Assembly: GCA_050084985.1 (NCBI GenBank)
Contig: JBITNC010000001.1
Span: forward strand, 64,170,001 to 64,234,000
DNA: 64,000 nucleotides
Source: Nageia nagi
Taxonomy: Eukaryota > Plantae > Pinophyta
Direction of reading: 5' to 3'
The notes below the pieces were generated by a model, which was not told the DNA's origin, searched no databases, and was given only the letters and a program-made list of their open reading frames with translations. Below are positions 40,914 through 52,233 of the stretch, one piece after another; position 1 is the stretch's first letter, and each line of letters begins with the position of its first letter. Position numbers and translations under genes: made by a program.

Positions 40914-41463
40914 CTATCCAGTCAAAATATACAAATGAATTCGTCTGGTACTAGTTCTTCTATAACTCATAATGTCAAATGTGGAGTAAGAGGCAACCTT
41001 GGACCAGCTTGTAATGCTGGAATGGTTGATCGCATAGTTCTTGGCATCAATCATTTATATCAAAAACTAGTGTATCGATGATTAAAGGAATGCATAACCG
41101 ATTCTCCCATTTCTGCACCTGCATGGTGTCAAGCTCCTTTTGACCTAGAGGGGATTCTAAGCTCAATCATGGTTGTTGTCACATGTTTTATTGGATTGCA
41201 TTTTGGACATATTCTCATGTATTTTAAGGGATGCCTTTAAAAAAGCCCCTTTATAGATTGAGTTACATGTGTATTACCTCAGGTGCATCAGGCTCATCTT
41301 TATTGCAATCTACATGTTGGTAGATATGTATGAGTACAGGCATCCAACAATGCTGCTGGAATGGATGGGAAATAATGCTATGACACTCTATATCTTTGTA
41401 GCATGCAACTTGTTTCTAATTGCAATACAAAGATTTTATTGGGAAGTGCCAAATAATAACATT
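40914..41463 (+). pseudogene. Captured intronless fragment of a heparan-alpha-glucosaminide N-acetyltransferase (HGSNAT)-like gene, antisense to the Copia
   Basis: VKCGVRGNLGPACNAGMVDRIVLGINHLYQK...APAWCQAPFDLEGILSSIMVVVTCFIGLHFGHILMYFK | GMPLKKPLYRLSYMCITSGASG...IYMLVDMYEYRHPTMLLEWMGNNAM...FYWEVPNNNI matches the conserved C-terminal half of plant HGSNAT-like proteins. Confidence 0.88.
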
Positions 41464-41823
41464 ACATCATCGTGCTCCACTACCAAAGCAAAAGATCGCT
41501 TTGATGGTGCAGATCTGACATTGGTAGAAGGTGCCAATTTGGCCCTGAGAATGGCCGGGAACACCTACGATCTTAGAAGGTGCCAATATATATATAAATT
41601 AGGGATGCGATCACTATTAGCCATTAAAATAAAATCCAATCCTTGCCTTATATATAATTTGTATTACTACTAGCAGATTGTCTAAATGAAAAATTCTCTG
41701 AGGTCAAAGCTTTATTGTTTCAATTATTTGGTTTGGTAGTGGTAAGGATAGGGAGAGAGACATGCTCATGGAGTAGCATGGGCATGGTAGGTGTTGGAGG
41801 GGCCCAATGGTGTGCACTTTCAC

Positions 41824-41890
41824 TATTCTATTAAATAATTCATAGACCCTTTCAACGTATCTATTTTGTGCATATCCATTGACCATTGCA
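41824..41890 (-). pseudogene. Captured fragment of a PPR (PLS-class-like) motif
   Basis: AMVNGYAQNRYVERVYELFNRI fits the PPR consensus AMxxGYAQNGxxEEAxxLFxxM. Confidence 0.7.
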
Positions 41891-42094
41891 GGATGTGGAG
41901 GTGGAGGGATCGTATGGCCATCTATTTCTTATCTCTATTCATATATGATTTCAATTGCAAAGAGTGAAGGAGGAATGAAATGAAGTAGAATTTTGGGATG
42001 AAACATCAATCCCATATATCTAGCCCACTTTTGCAAGCATTAAAATATTAGCCAAAAATGCTCAATGAGAAGCAATGATTTGTTGTAGTGTTAC

Positions 42095-42248
42095 ATGGCA
42101 GACAGTTAGATTCCAGTAACAAGCAAGCCAACACCTCTTCAAAACCACCTCTTCCATTTCCTCCTATGTTAAAATCATCCTTTGAGTCATGGAACGTAAT
42201 GACTTTGGTTTAGCTTCTGCTTCACATAACTATTGAACAAATGATGCA
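42095..42248 (-). pseudogene. Captured fragment of an SCD2-like coiled-coil protein gene
   Basis: The minus strand reads [45 protein letters not shown], matching the conserved SCD2-family motif [30 protein letters not shown]. Confidence 0.82.
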
Positions 42249-42816
42249 GGGGGAACCCAAAAAAAATTAAGATTTGAGTTTGTTTTGAAAGTGGTTGGGG
42301 CCCACAAGCCACCCTTAGGTCGAGCGCTATGGGCTTTCCTCCTGATAGGGGCCACGAGGCACCCGCTTTACTATATCAAAAAAGGGCTAAACGAAAAACT
42401 TTGCAATAATAAACACCATAAAAAAAATTGCTCTCAATAATGAAAAAAAAATTTCAAACTTTGAATAAAAGTATAAATTGAGAGCTACCTCTTTAATTCA
42501 ATAATAAATGGTATAAAGAAATATTGCAATTTTTATATACTAATCTCAAAACATCATGCTCACTAGAGGTTAGTATAATTAAAAGCATTATATTTCTATT
42601 TTTTTTTTAGTCCCCCTTTTTTTTTTGTAAAATTAACTAACACAAAACTCAAAATATGTTAGTATCATTAGTGACATAAGCCAAAAAAAAATTAAGGAGA
42701 TTATATGAAGGAGGTTATACCTTCTCTTGAATTTACCTCACCAAGACCTTAAAATTGAAGGAATAAGAGCTTCCACACCAAGAAGAAGAGCTTCCACACC
42801 AAGCTCTGATACCAAT

Positions 42817-43307
42817 TGAAGGAATTAGATCTAGACTAATCCTCAAGGTCCAAGACTAGGAAACTTAATCATTCATCATCTACAAGATAATAACACCATT
42901 CACACAAGATAACACAAATATAATGTGGTTCCTCCCTCCTTGGGAATATATCCACAACTAGTTCTCAATTCTCAATCTATGCACCTCTTACTATAATTCT
43001 CTTTCTCTCCTACATAAACTAGTAGAGTAATCTTACTCCAAAAACTTAGTTGTGTTACAAGAGGATATGCCCTCTATTTATAGCTTGAGAGCACCTCCCT
43101 AACCTCCCTTTAACCCAAGGGTAAGGTTAGGGTTATAATAAATGTATGACCTAACTTTAACCTACCAACTAACCCCATGGTAAGGTCAAAGTCCACACAT
43201 AATAAAGAATTCAATTAATCCCTTAAGGCATCTACATATCCTTTAAGTGATTAATTGAATTTACAAGGAGTTTAGATATTCACAATATTTCATTACAAAT
43301 TCTAACA
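42817..43307 (-). repeat. 5' LTR of Copia (491 bp)
   Basis: Adjacent to the Met PBS; about 98% identical to 33823-34312. Confidence 0.97.
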
Positions 43308-44859
43308 AGAAGGAATCTAATACCAAGCTTTAATTACATACATATATCATAAGGATTTGTTAGAACAATCGGAAGCACCCATCGAACTTGAGTAACCTAA
43401 AACTCAAGAAGGCAAGAAAAAAGAGAAGAACCTAGGGGAAAAAGGTGTGGTTCAGAAGAAGGAATTTGGGGAGGCCTTGAAAAATCATAAGAACTATGAA
43501 TTTAACAAATAAACATTACCAAACACACCTAATGTTAGATGAATGGGAACTTAGGCCTCTATTAGAAAAGGTAAAACTCATGTTTCCTCTCCCCAATTTT
43601 ATAGTAGGATTAGGATCAAGGTAGATAATAAGATCTTGGGTGAGAAAATATATTTAGGGGATGAGAATTTTGGGTATGCAAATGATAATTTGGTTGAAGC
43701 ACAAACCAAAAACCTAAGCTTCCCTCTCTAAAAAAATATAGCTCCTCCATCGGATAAATCTCCCTTCAGGGTAGACTAGGAAGACTTCCTTTAGTCCACC
43801 CCCTAGCCATAACCTAGTGAAAACCTAACCCCCCAAGGATGTAAAAAAAGATAATTCCCAAGGAAAATGTATCCAAAGTAATGAGGAAAAGGGGGAAAGA
43901 AGAAGGCATCAACTAGGATGCTAAAAAATCCTAAGAAGGAGACTCAAACAATGTCTAAGCTTAAGAAAGTTTTAGATACTGTAACACCTCCCAAGGAACC
44001 AAAAATCATAAATGTTACCCCAATATCATAGATTAAATATGGTACCCTCTATTCCATGATGAAAATATCTTCTATAGATGAGTCAAGGGAATAATTCTTC
44101 ATGGTAACAAGGAATAAGAGGCATAAAATTATGAAGTAGATTAGGGAGCAAGATAACCTGATGCAGGACATTGAAAAGAGTAAAGAAATATGATGGTGTT
44201 TTATTATATTATGATATTAACTAGATAGTATATTAGATGTATTAGTAAATTGTATATATTTATAGTTCTATTTTGATATGAAAATATGGATGTAAAATTT
44301 ATGTTTTGGCTATGTTTCATTGATGTTTGAACCTCTATGTAGCTACTTATAGGTAATAGCTAGGTAGCCTATTTCATATAAAACCATTTTGATTAGTTTT
44401 TGGGACCCAAATAAAATTTGTTTTTTTTTTTATTAATATAATTTACCTATTAGAAAAAGAGATAATTTGATAAAATTAGCCTTGGAAAATTGTCTTAATA
44501 GTTTGACCACATCTTTTGACTTAGGTATTTGTCAGCCTGTTATTTTTTTTAGATTGCGTAGATATTTAAGCTTTACAATTTTGTTATGTATTCTTTAAAT
44601 AATAAATTATCCAAGGATGAAAATATCATCTTATGACCTAAATTTTCATTTTAATGTATGGTTGGTTAGATTTTCAACATTCTCCCCTTGATGCTTTCAA
44701 AAAAGTGTTTTTAGAAGCATCACAAATTGAATATGTATCCTTTTTCTCTTTTGATTTATTAGTAAGAAATTCTTAATTTTAAAAAATTTAATTTAGAACT
44801 CATCACATTTTTGTTCTTCAAATGGGATCTTCATCATCTTTGTTTCAACCTGTAAATAA

Positions 44860-46716
44860 AACTTCGTAAACAATGGTGTCATTGGAGAATACACTCCCCC
44901 TTCATCACAAAACTCATAATGGATATAAAAATTATCATATTCATCAAATTTTCTTCATGAGAAAGGATTACCAACATTTAGCCAAATAACATCAATATGT
45001 TGATCACATTGATCCTTTTCACTTAGCTAAACAATAACTTCACAAACTTTCACAATAACCATCAAGCAAAATAGGCTCAACCATTAGCGAATAACATATG
45101 CAATCTCAAAATTTCTTTTCAACATACCTTGTACAACTATATTATGTCTACCCATAAACTCTTTAAGTTCCAAATATTTCGCATCAACCCTTTGCAAATC
45201 ATTACATAACCCAACAACACTTTCTAGTAAATGAAACTTCCAAGTTTCACAAAGCAAATCATGAATAAATGAGAAAATTAGCAAATGAGTTTAACCTTCT
45301 AATTTTTCTTCATAATAAATCATTACCTCATCATTTTTATCCTAATTTATTATTGTACTTTCATATTTTTCATAATGATTTATAATATATAGACCATTAT
45401 CCATAAAATAATTTCTAACCTTCTCAACATCAATGAGAAAATCCTTGCTTTTTTCTTCTAACATTCAAATATTTTTCAACTTTGAAGAGTTATGAACAAT
45501 AATTTAATAATCAAGAATCAAACCAACATCTTTTACTTCAATCTCATCAACAAAATCTGAACCAATATCCCAAAATAGATCACCAACCAAGACCTTCTCA
45601 CCATCATCAAAAACATCATGCAAATTATTAAAAACTCATTTTTAGTAAACGAATTAGCCTTTGAAAGGCTAAAATATTCTCCAATATTTTTCTATTTTCC
45701 CCTTTTTAGAGGTTCTCCAATATATTCTTTCCTCTCTCCCTTTGTAGGAGCTCTGAAAAACTTATCATGTGCATATTCTTCTTAACATTCTTCATACCTT
45801 ACACTTTTATCATAAACATTCTGATTCACATTATCAATAATATCATAATAATTTATGACAAGATAACAAGAAAAATCATTATCCCCTTAAAGAGGATCAT
45901 ATACTTCAAGATCAATGTATGTTTCCTCTTCCATGAGATAATCTTCTTCAATTTCATGATGTGCGTACTCCAAGTAGCCATCACCAATATCTTCATTTTG
46001 TACATCATCAAACTCTTCTTCAATATCTAGAATGACAATACTAGGAGATTCAATCTCCCCCTCATTCTTCAACAATGCACTTTCAAGTGCTTAACATATT
46101 TTAGGAACAACTATGCACTCTTCTTCATTTTCATAATTCATAATGCCTCTATCATAGTAAAAAGCTCTCTTTCCTCCTCTTACTTTGGAAGCATACACTC
46201 CTCTTCTTTTGAGGCTTTTCTCATAGACTTCCCAAGTCTCTTCCTACATGTAAACATCTACAAAAAATAAGGGTTGATCCTCCTTACTCACAAAATCATC
46301 ATAAGTGAATTTATAATCCTTTATATTATCATTCACATAATCAATGATTTGTAGATTGTTATTTATCTCATCACAACCTTCTACACAATCTTCTAGATTA
46401 TCATTTCACAAAAATTCTCAAATTCTTTAACCAAAATTCCCCAAATTTTATATGTCCTACAATTTGAAATAAGAGGAAAAATATTTAGTTGTATACCTTT
46501 CCTTAATACCATGAGTGCCAAATAATTATTATGCTATATCTCCTTTTTATGCCTTCTTTCTTCACCTTGTATATTGTTCCAACATTGTGGCTTTGTAACC
46601 ACTTTCTACAATCTTCCAAATACCATGGCCCTTTAACCAAGTCTTTATTTTGATCTTCCACATCCAAAAGTCTTTATCATAAAAACTAGAACTGGTAGGT
46701 TAGTGTTGGTGGCCAT
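44860..46716 (-). pseudogene. Decayed ORF: Copia Gag N-terminus followed by an acidic, unassigned region; no pol
   Basis: ATG at 46716 reads MATNTNLPVLVF..KDFWMWKIKIKTWLKGHGIWKIVESGY (Copia Gag N-terminus). Downstream fragments are Asp/Glu-rich (e.g. ORF 45887..46075). Confidence 0.65.
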
Positions 46717-47026
46717 TACACTAGAGCAACAACAACTCAAATGAAGAATAACCAAAAAAGTACTTTAATAAATTAATTTTTAGTTCTCTACAAGGTTCTT
46801 TAACCTAACAATATTATAGGTTTATTAACCAAATTTTGAAATACTTTGAAACCTCTTCCACCAAGACATTCATGGGTTATCGCTACTATACAACAACCTC
46901 AAAATCTATAGGATTTTCAAACCTAAAAAAACTTGATCTCTTCAGCTTTGATCTCATTAGCACTGAAATAAATCTAATCTCCTATTCTATTCTTTTGGCT
47001 TTGATAAACTTGGTTCTAATACCAAA

Positions 47027-47622
47027 TAGATATTTTAACCAAAACTTAATCAATGATCAATGTCATATATTATCATACCATTCATAATGAATCTAAAACA
47101 TTCATGAATAACATTCAAACATTTATAAATCTAAATCAAAACCAAAATGAAAAATAATAAGCTTTATTGTTTATCAATGGAGAAATACATTACAATATTG
47201 GATTTGCAGAAACCTTCATGCTTCAACAAGAATGGATCTCATATATCTCAAACCCTCATACATTCTCCATCTCAATTCTATTCTAAAAGAAGACCCTAAA
47301 ACTACCTTAAGTAAGTAAAATAAAGCAAAGAAAATCCTATCCCTAGCAAATCACATTCATTAGATTTACATCATTGGTGTTTATTACATATGTTAAATAA
47401 AGAAAAGATAAATTGTAAAATTAGCCTTGAAAATTTATGTTAGTATTTGGGCCATAACTTTTGACTTGGGTTTCCATTTGAGCCCATATGTTTTTCAGAT
47501 TGCATAGATTTTGAAGCTCTATAATTTTATTACATATCTAAAGAAGATGTTATCCAAGGCTAAAAACATCATCTTACAACCCAAATTTTCATTTTAATAT
47601 ATGGTTGGCTAGATTTTTAATA
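47027..47622 (-). repeat. 5' LTR of the outer Copia-like element (~600 bp)
   Basis: Matches the split copy 33206-33594 plus 44454-44679; preceded on the + strand by the PBS complement. Confidence 0.8.
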
Positions 47623-50600
47623 AACAATCAACATAGCCTTCCATTTAGGGATGCATTGCTATCATTCATCACTAAAGATTAAGTACAATCCGTACATAAA
47701 AGAATAGCTTTGATCCACTTAAAAACCATTGCAACAAACTAACTCTTGATAAACATGGAACAAAAAAATATAAAACCATAAAAGTTGGTTTTAAGCAATA
47801 ATACACAACTTCCATCCTATTATGAAATAATAAGCTTAACAAGAATAATTTAAAAAAACTAAATAGTTTTATCCCCATTGCAAAAAGAACTATGTAGATT
47901 GTATGTATAAAGGGTTAACATGTATAAAAAATTGACCCTTAGGCCATTATTTTTCTTAGTATTTATACTATTTACAAATGGTTGAATAATAAATGAATAT
48001 AAATTAATCTATTTCCTTAGTTTTACAAAATTATAGTCTCGATCTCTATAAAATATAATAAATCAAACATTCAATAGATGGACACAATATGATATGATAA
48101 TTTTTTTTCATGCATGTAACTGCTACACACCATCTTTAGGATCTCTTCTAATTATGTATTATATTAGTTTTGAATTTCAGAGCTCATCATAGTGAGGAAG
48201 TCATGCCTACCATTAAGGAGAGCCATATGTTATTCTAAAACCCTCATTAAATATGGTACATGTGCATAAATACCTTCAAGTTGCATGAACATGAAATCTA
48301 GTGTATTAAATGCATCTTGGGAACATCATCAAAGTCTTCCTAATCAATTTGGGGTAGGTGCATCTCTCTAGGGTTGGAAGTCAAGGGCTACCAAAATCCT
48401 AAAAAATTTGAGGGATGAAAGCTTATGAATTAGCTAAATTTTAATCAAAAGAAAGGATTAAGGATGAGCCTTCTAATTAAGTTAGAGTGGATGTTAGTGG
48501 GAGATAATTTCAACTAAAACTAGTCAAGAAGGAATTTTAATAATTGCATGAAATCCTACCAATCGATAGTTTTTAATGATCTAGTAACACAAAAATTATG
48601 AATATCTAATATGAAAGCAAGGAAAAATCAAGAAAATATTCAGGAAACTAAGACTCATTAGAATAAATCATCACATTCATTATGCATCATCACTTTTGAG
48701 GTCGAATCACCATATCTCCTCCAAATATCATACTAATGATTAAAAAAAGCCTATAGGCAACATCATCTATCATCAATCATGCCTATCAGGCCTTCAAAAC
48801 AACTCCTATATATTCTAACATATTTGAAACATTTTATAGAAAAAAACATTTCTAACATTCAAACATTTAAAAAAATGGTCTTATAGAGAATCACCAGGTA
48901 ATTCTCTATGCAAAAAACATGAAAAAATGGCTAAGTATTATATTTTTAAGAGGTAAAAGGCTTTGGTGGGATTCAATCCTTAAGAATCACTAGGTGATTC
49001 TCCTTAGCCCATAATGTCAAAAAACTATTGGACCCCACCATTTTCGATCATCTATTTTCTGAGAATGTTAGATAAGCCATTCATATGGGGGTATTAAGAA
49101 TTTTGGATAGGGTTTTCCATCTATTATCCATAAGCATTAGGAGAATAATCAAGTTAATAAGAGTTATAGTTAAGAAATATAAGTTTTTATATAAGCACTT
49201 TATGTTATTTTCATAAATTAGTAGATTCTTAGTAATGTTGTATTCATATTTGATGTTAATATAAAGTACACTTATTTTTAATTTGTTCTATTTTGTACCT
49301 TTATTATTTAATTATTTCTCTATTTACCCTTTATTTTCCATTCTTATTTTATTGGAAAGAACCCAAACGAGTAGTAATCATCAGATTGTTAGATCAATCA
49401 ACAATAATATTATGCAAGAATTAACCTTGAATGAATAGTAAAAGTTAATTTTCTTTCTCTTTAAGTGGTTTATATTCTCAATATTGGAGTTTCTAACATA
49501 TATATGGTTTCTTTCCATCTTTTGTTGGTGTAGTACACCATATTTGACCTTTCTAACATCAACTAAAACTCTCTTTAGTAGGTATTTTCTTTATCATAGT
49601 GATAAATATTTGATCTATAAAAATTAGTACATGAGACTTTAAACATGGTAATGATGTATCAAAAAAACTATTTTCAAATTTATTATCATCAATTTTGTAT
49701 TTAAATGACTAACATACCTTTTTTAATCTTAGAATGAATGCTTTCATTGAAAGAATGGATAGATTTAGCTGGTAATTTATAAAATGACTTACTTGCATCA
49801 CCTTAAAGACTATGAGAGAATAATATGACTAATAATTTATCTTTATTACCCAAATTCAAAATGCAATCCTCTTAAAAATTGATTATATGTTATTTAGGAT
49901 CATCTTCTATATTGAATATATCAAGTTTTGGACTTCAAAAATCTATTGGGATAAGAAAATTTAAAGGATTACTAAATGATCTGGATACAAATCTTTATCC
50001 TTCTTCCGTGTATCAAATTTGACTTTAAGATTCACTAAAACCTAGCTTAATTCCAATAATCATGAATACAAGCCTTATTGATTTTGATTACTTTGACTAT
50101 CTATTCCATTTTATCCATTTTGATTATTATGACTATATTCACCCATAAGCTATAATACTTTTCTTAGGATTATAGGGTCAACTATTAGTTATTGAGCAAT
50201 AGCAATGGCTTCTAGGTTATATGCCATTTCAACATTAATATTGTTCATGTTGCAAGGAACCAAAATGATGTTATTTCTATCTAGCATTTAAAATTTTGAT
50301 TAATCCTCAAAAAACCTTTGGGTTTTTAGTATAATTAGTAATATTAAATAAATGTATGAGTGTAGATGATGGAAAATAAATTATATTAAATAATAAACTA
50401 AATTAAATCACCCACAAAATGAAATGATAAAATTTGTAATAGAAAATTATTTGCATTTAATAATTAAATAATTAGGCTACAATATCATCTAATAATTATT
50501 AAAGTAACTTAATGATATAGAAATAGAACCAAGTGCAACTATTATGACATAGACCAAATAATATATCTTTATGTAACACAAATTGGATCAAAGCCTAAAT

Positions 50601-51073
50601 GATAAATATTGCTTGGATTTGAAATCAATAAAATCCAAGAATTCATCTCTTAGATCTTATGCCCTAATGATGATAAAATCATAGCATTGTTATTTTTATC
50701 ATAGACTATAAAAATGATGTTGTTTTAGTTCCTAAATATTTAAAACTTATAAAATAATATATAGTTAAACATATGAGAGTATAATAAATCCAAGGATGAT
50801 AGGTGGTGATTAGAATCACCTAAAGACATTTATCTAATTTATTAACCTCAATGTCAACCTATCAAGTTGATAGAAAATATCAAGCTTTCCTCTTTCTTTT
50901 ATACTTTGAAAAATAATAAAAGAATAATATTAGTCAACATTCCATGATTGTTGGATATATTCATAATATTTAGATGATTATACATAAATTCATGATTATT
51001 ATTTTAAGTGATAATATCTAATTTTTTTTGTGATGATTATACTCTTTTCTATAATTTTAAGGATCTCATCACG

Positions 51074-51077
<4 letters not shown>

Positions 51078-51105
<28 letters not shown>
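51078..51105. repeat. (TA)n microsatellite
   Basis: Direct reading. Confidence 0.95.
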
Positions 51106-51108
<3 letters not shown>

Positions 51109-51770
51109 TATCACTCTTATTAATTTATTATTTAATACTAAAAACATTATCCTCTCAAAATAATATGAAATGAGTTGGTTATGAAAATTTCACTCCATGA
51201 ATGATATATGTTAGAATTGACCTTCTAAAAACTATTTCATCAAATACAATATCAAATTAAATGAGCAAAGGTAGAAGGTAAGTATATTAAGTTTGATCTA
51301 ACATGCATGTCTCATAATAGGAATCGAATATGGAAAACAAGATGCAACAAGGTTAAATGATCAACTCAACCAACAACCTCATAATTTAGGTTAAGAAACT
51401 AGTAAAATATAATTCAATTTATCTTCTAAATAAATAAATTAAAAGTTAAAAGGATTCAACTCTCAATCCCATAGATCAATTAATCTCTAAAGGAAGTTAA
51501 TATACTTTATCTTTACTAGCAATTTAATATTTTCTTATTATCATTTTTAAAATGATAAAATAAAAATAGAAATAAATTCATCAATTAGAAAGGAGTGAAT
51601 ATGTTAAAACTCTCAAGTGAAAAGAGAGGCTCAAAGTTTCTATATCTCCCCTTCACATGTTACCGATATATGTAAGTCCAACCCTGACAGAAGTGAATAC
51701 GACTCTCGATGAATTTGGCGAAATTTCCAGCAAAAGATGGTTTCACTATTTTCCATATATACATATATAT

Positions 51771-51778
51771 TATAAATA
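51771..51778 (+). promoter_or_regulatory. Candidate TATA box of the LBD gene
   Basis: tataaata ~160 bp upstream of the ATG at 51931. The AT-rich context limits confidence. Confidence 0.45.
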
Positions 51779-51930
51779 TAAGTGTCTTTTGACATACAAG
51801 TGCAAATCTTGAGAATTGCAACGCCGGTGCCTATTTGTATTGCGGTGTAGCCATGTAATTTTCATCTTTGTCATGCACCTCTCCACATGCAGCTATACTG
51901 TTCATATATCCACATAAATTCCCAATCTAT

Positions 51931-52233
51931 ATGGAGAGTGGTGGAGGTGCTAATACAATGAACAGGAGAGGCCCTTGTGTGGCCTGCAAATCTTCCAAGC
52001 GAAAATGTACAGATGATTGCATTTGGGCTCCTCTCCTAAGCTATGATAAAGAAGCGTCCGATTTTGCTGCTGTGTGTAAGGTGTTTGGACCTCATAATGC
52101 CTCCAAATTGTTACTTTCTGTACCTCTAGAGAAAAGACATCAAACACTTGCCACCATAATCTATGAAGCTCAAGCTCGCATCAAACATCCTGTTCATGGT
52201 TGCACGGGATATATTTGGGCTCTTCAAAAACAG
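51931..52233 (+). CDS. LBD: LOB-domain (LBD/ASL) transcription factor, exon 1 (101 codons)
   Basis: MESGGGANTMNRRGP-CVACKSSKRKCTDDC (CX2CX6CX3C), FAAVCKVFGPHNASKLL (GAS block), IIYEAQARIKHPVHGC, WALQKQ, then donor CAG|GTCAGT. Confidence 0.92.

Larger units (their letters stand above)
33823..43307 (-). mobile_element. Ty1/Copia LTR retrotransposon, youngest element in the window, carrying captured gene fragments
   Basis: LTRs at 33823-34312 and 42817-43307 differ by about 10 substitutions plus 1 indel (manual count). Perfect TSD agaag (33818-33822; 43308-43312). Met PBS complement gctctgatacca at 42803-42814. PPT complement ctccccct at 34313. Confidence 0.97.
33595..44453 (+). mobile_element. 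~1.4-kb A-tailed retroposon (excluding the nested Copia) inserted in the LTR
   Basis: Degenerate ~20-24-bp duplication aagaaaagataactgactaaaatt / aaaaagagataatttgataaaatt, present only once in the sister LTR (~47400-47422). The 3' end reads aatataatttacctattagaaaaa. Decayed ORF GISWKELVAPWD*MEFWVIKYFTLD...HLVILSHF...CIPFFL. Confidence 0.6.
33206..47622 (-). mobile_element. Old Copia-derived LTR element lacking pol; its 3' LTR is split by nested insertions
   Basis: The intact LTR 47027-47622 is collinear with 33206-33594 plus 44454-44679. Degenerate PBS complement ggttctaatacca at 47012-47024. PPT complement ttctcccctt at 44680. Degenerate TSD gataa/aacaa. Confidence 0.8.

Noticed and set aside
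41269-41673. 134-aa ORF as a stand-alone gene
   Set aside because: It is a chimera of a frameshifted HGSNAT-like fragment and unrelated sequence, starts at a non-ATG codon, and lies within a Copia leader.
48190-49390. Possible solo LTR upstream of the LBD gene
   Set aside because: The composition is LTR-like, but no matching TG...CA termini with a TSD or partner LTR could be established.
51714-51721. tttggcga as an E2F site in the LBD promoter
   Set aside because: It mismatches the consensus at the last base, and a single short motif is expected by chance.
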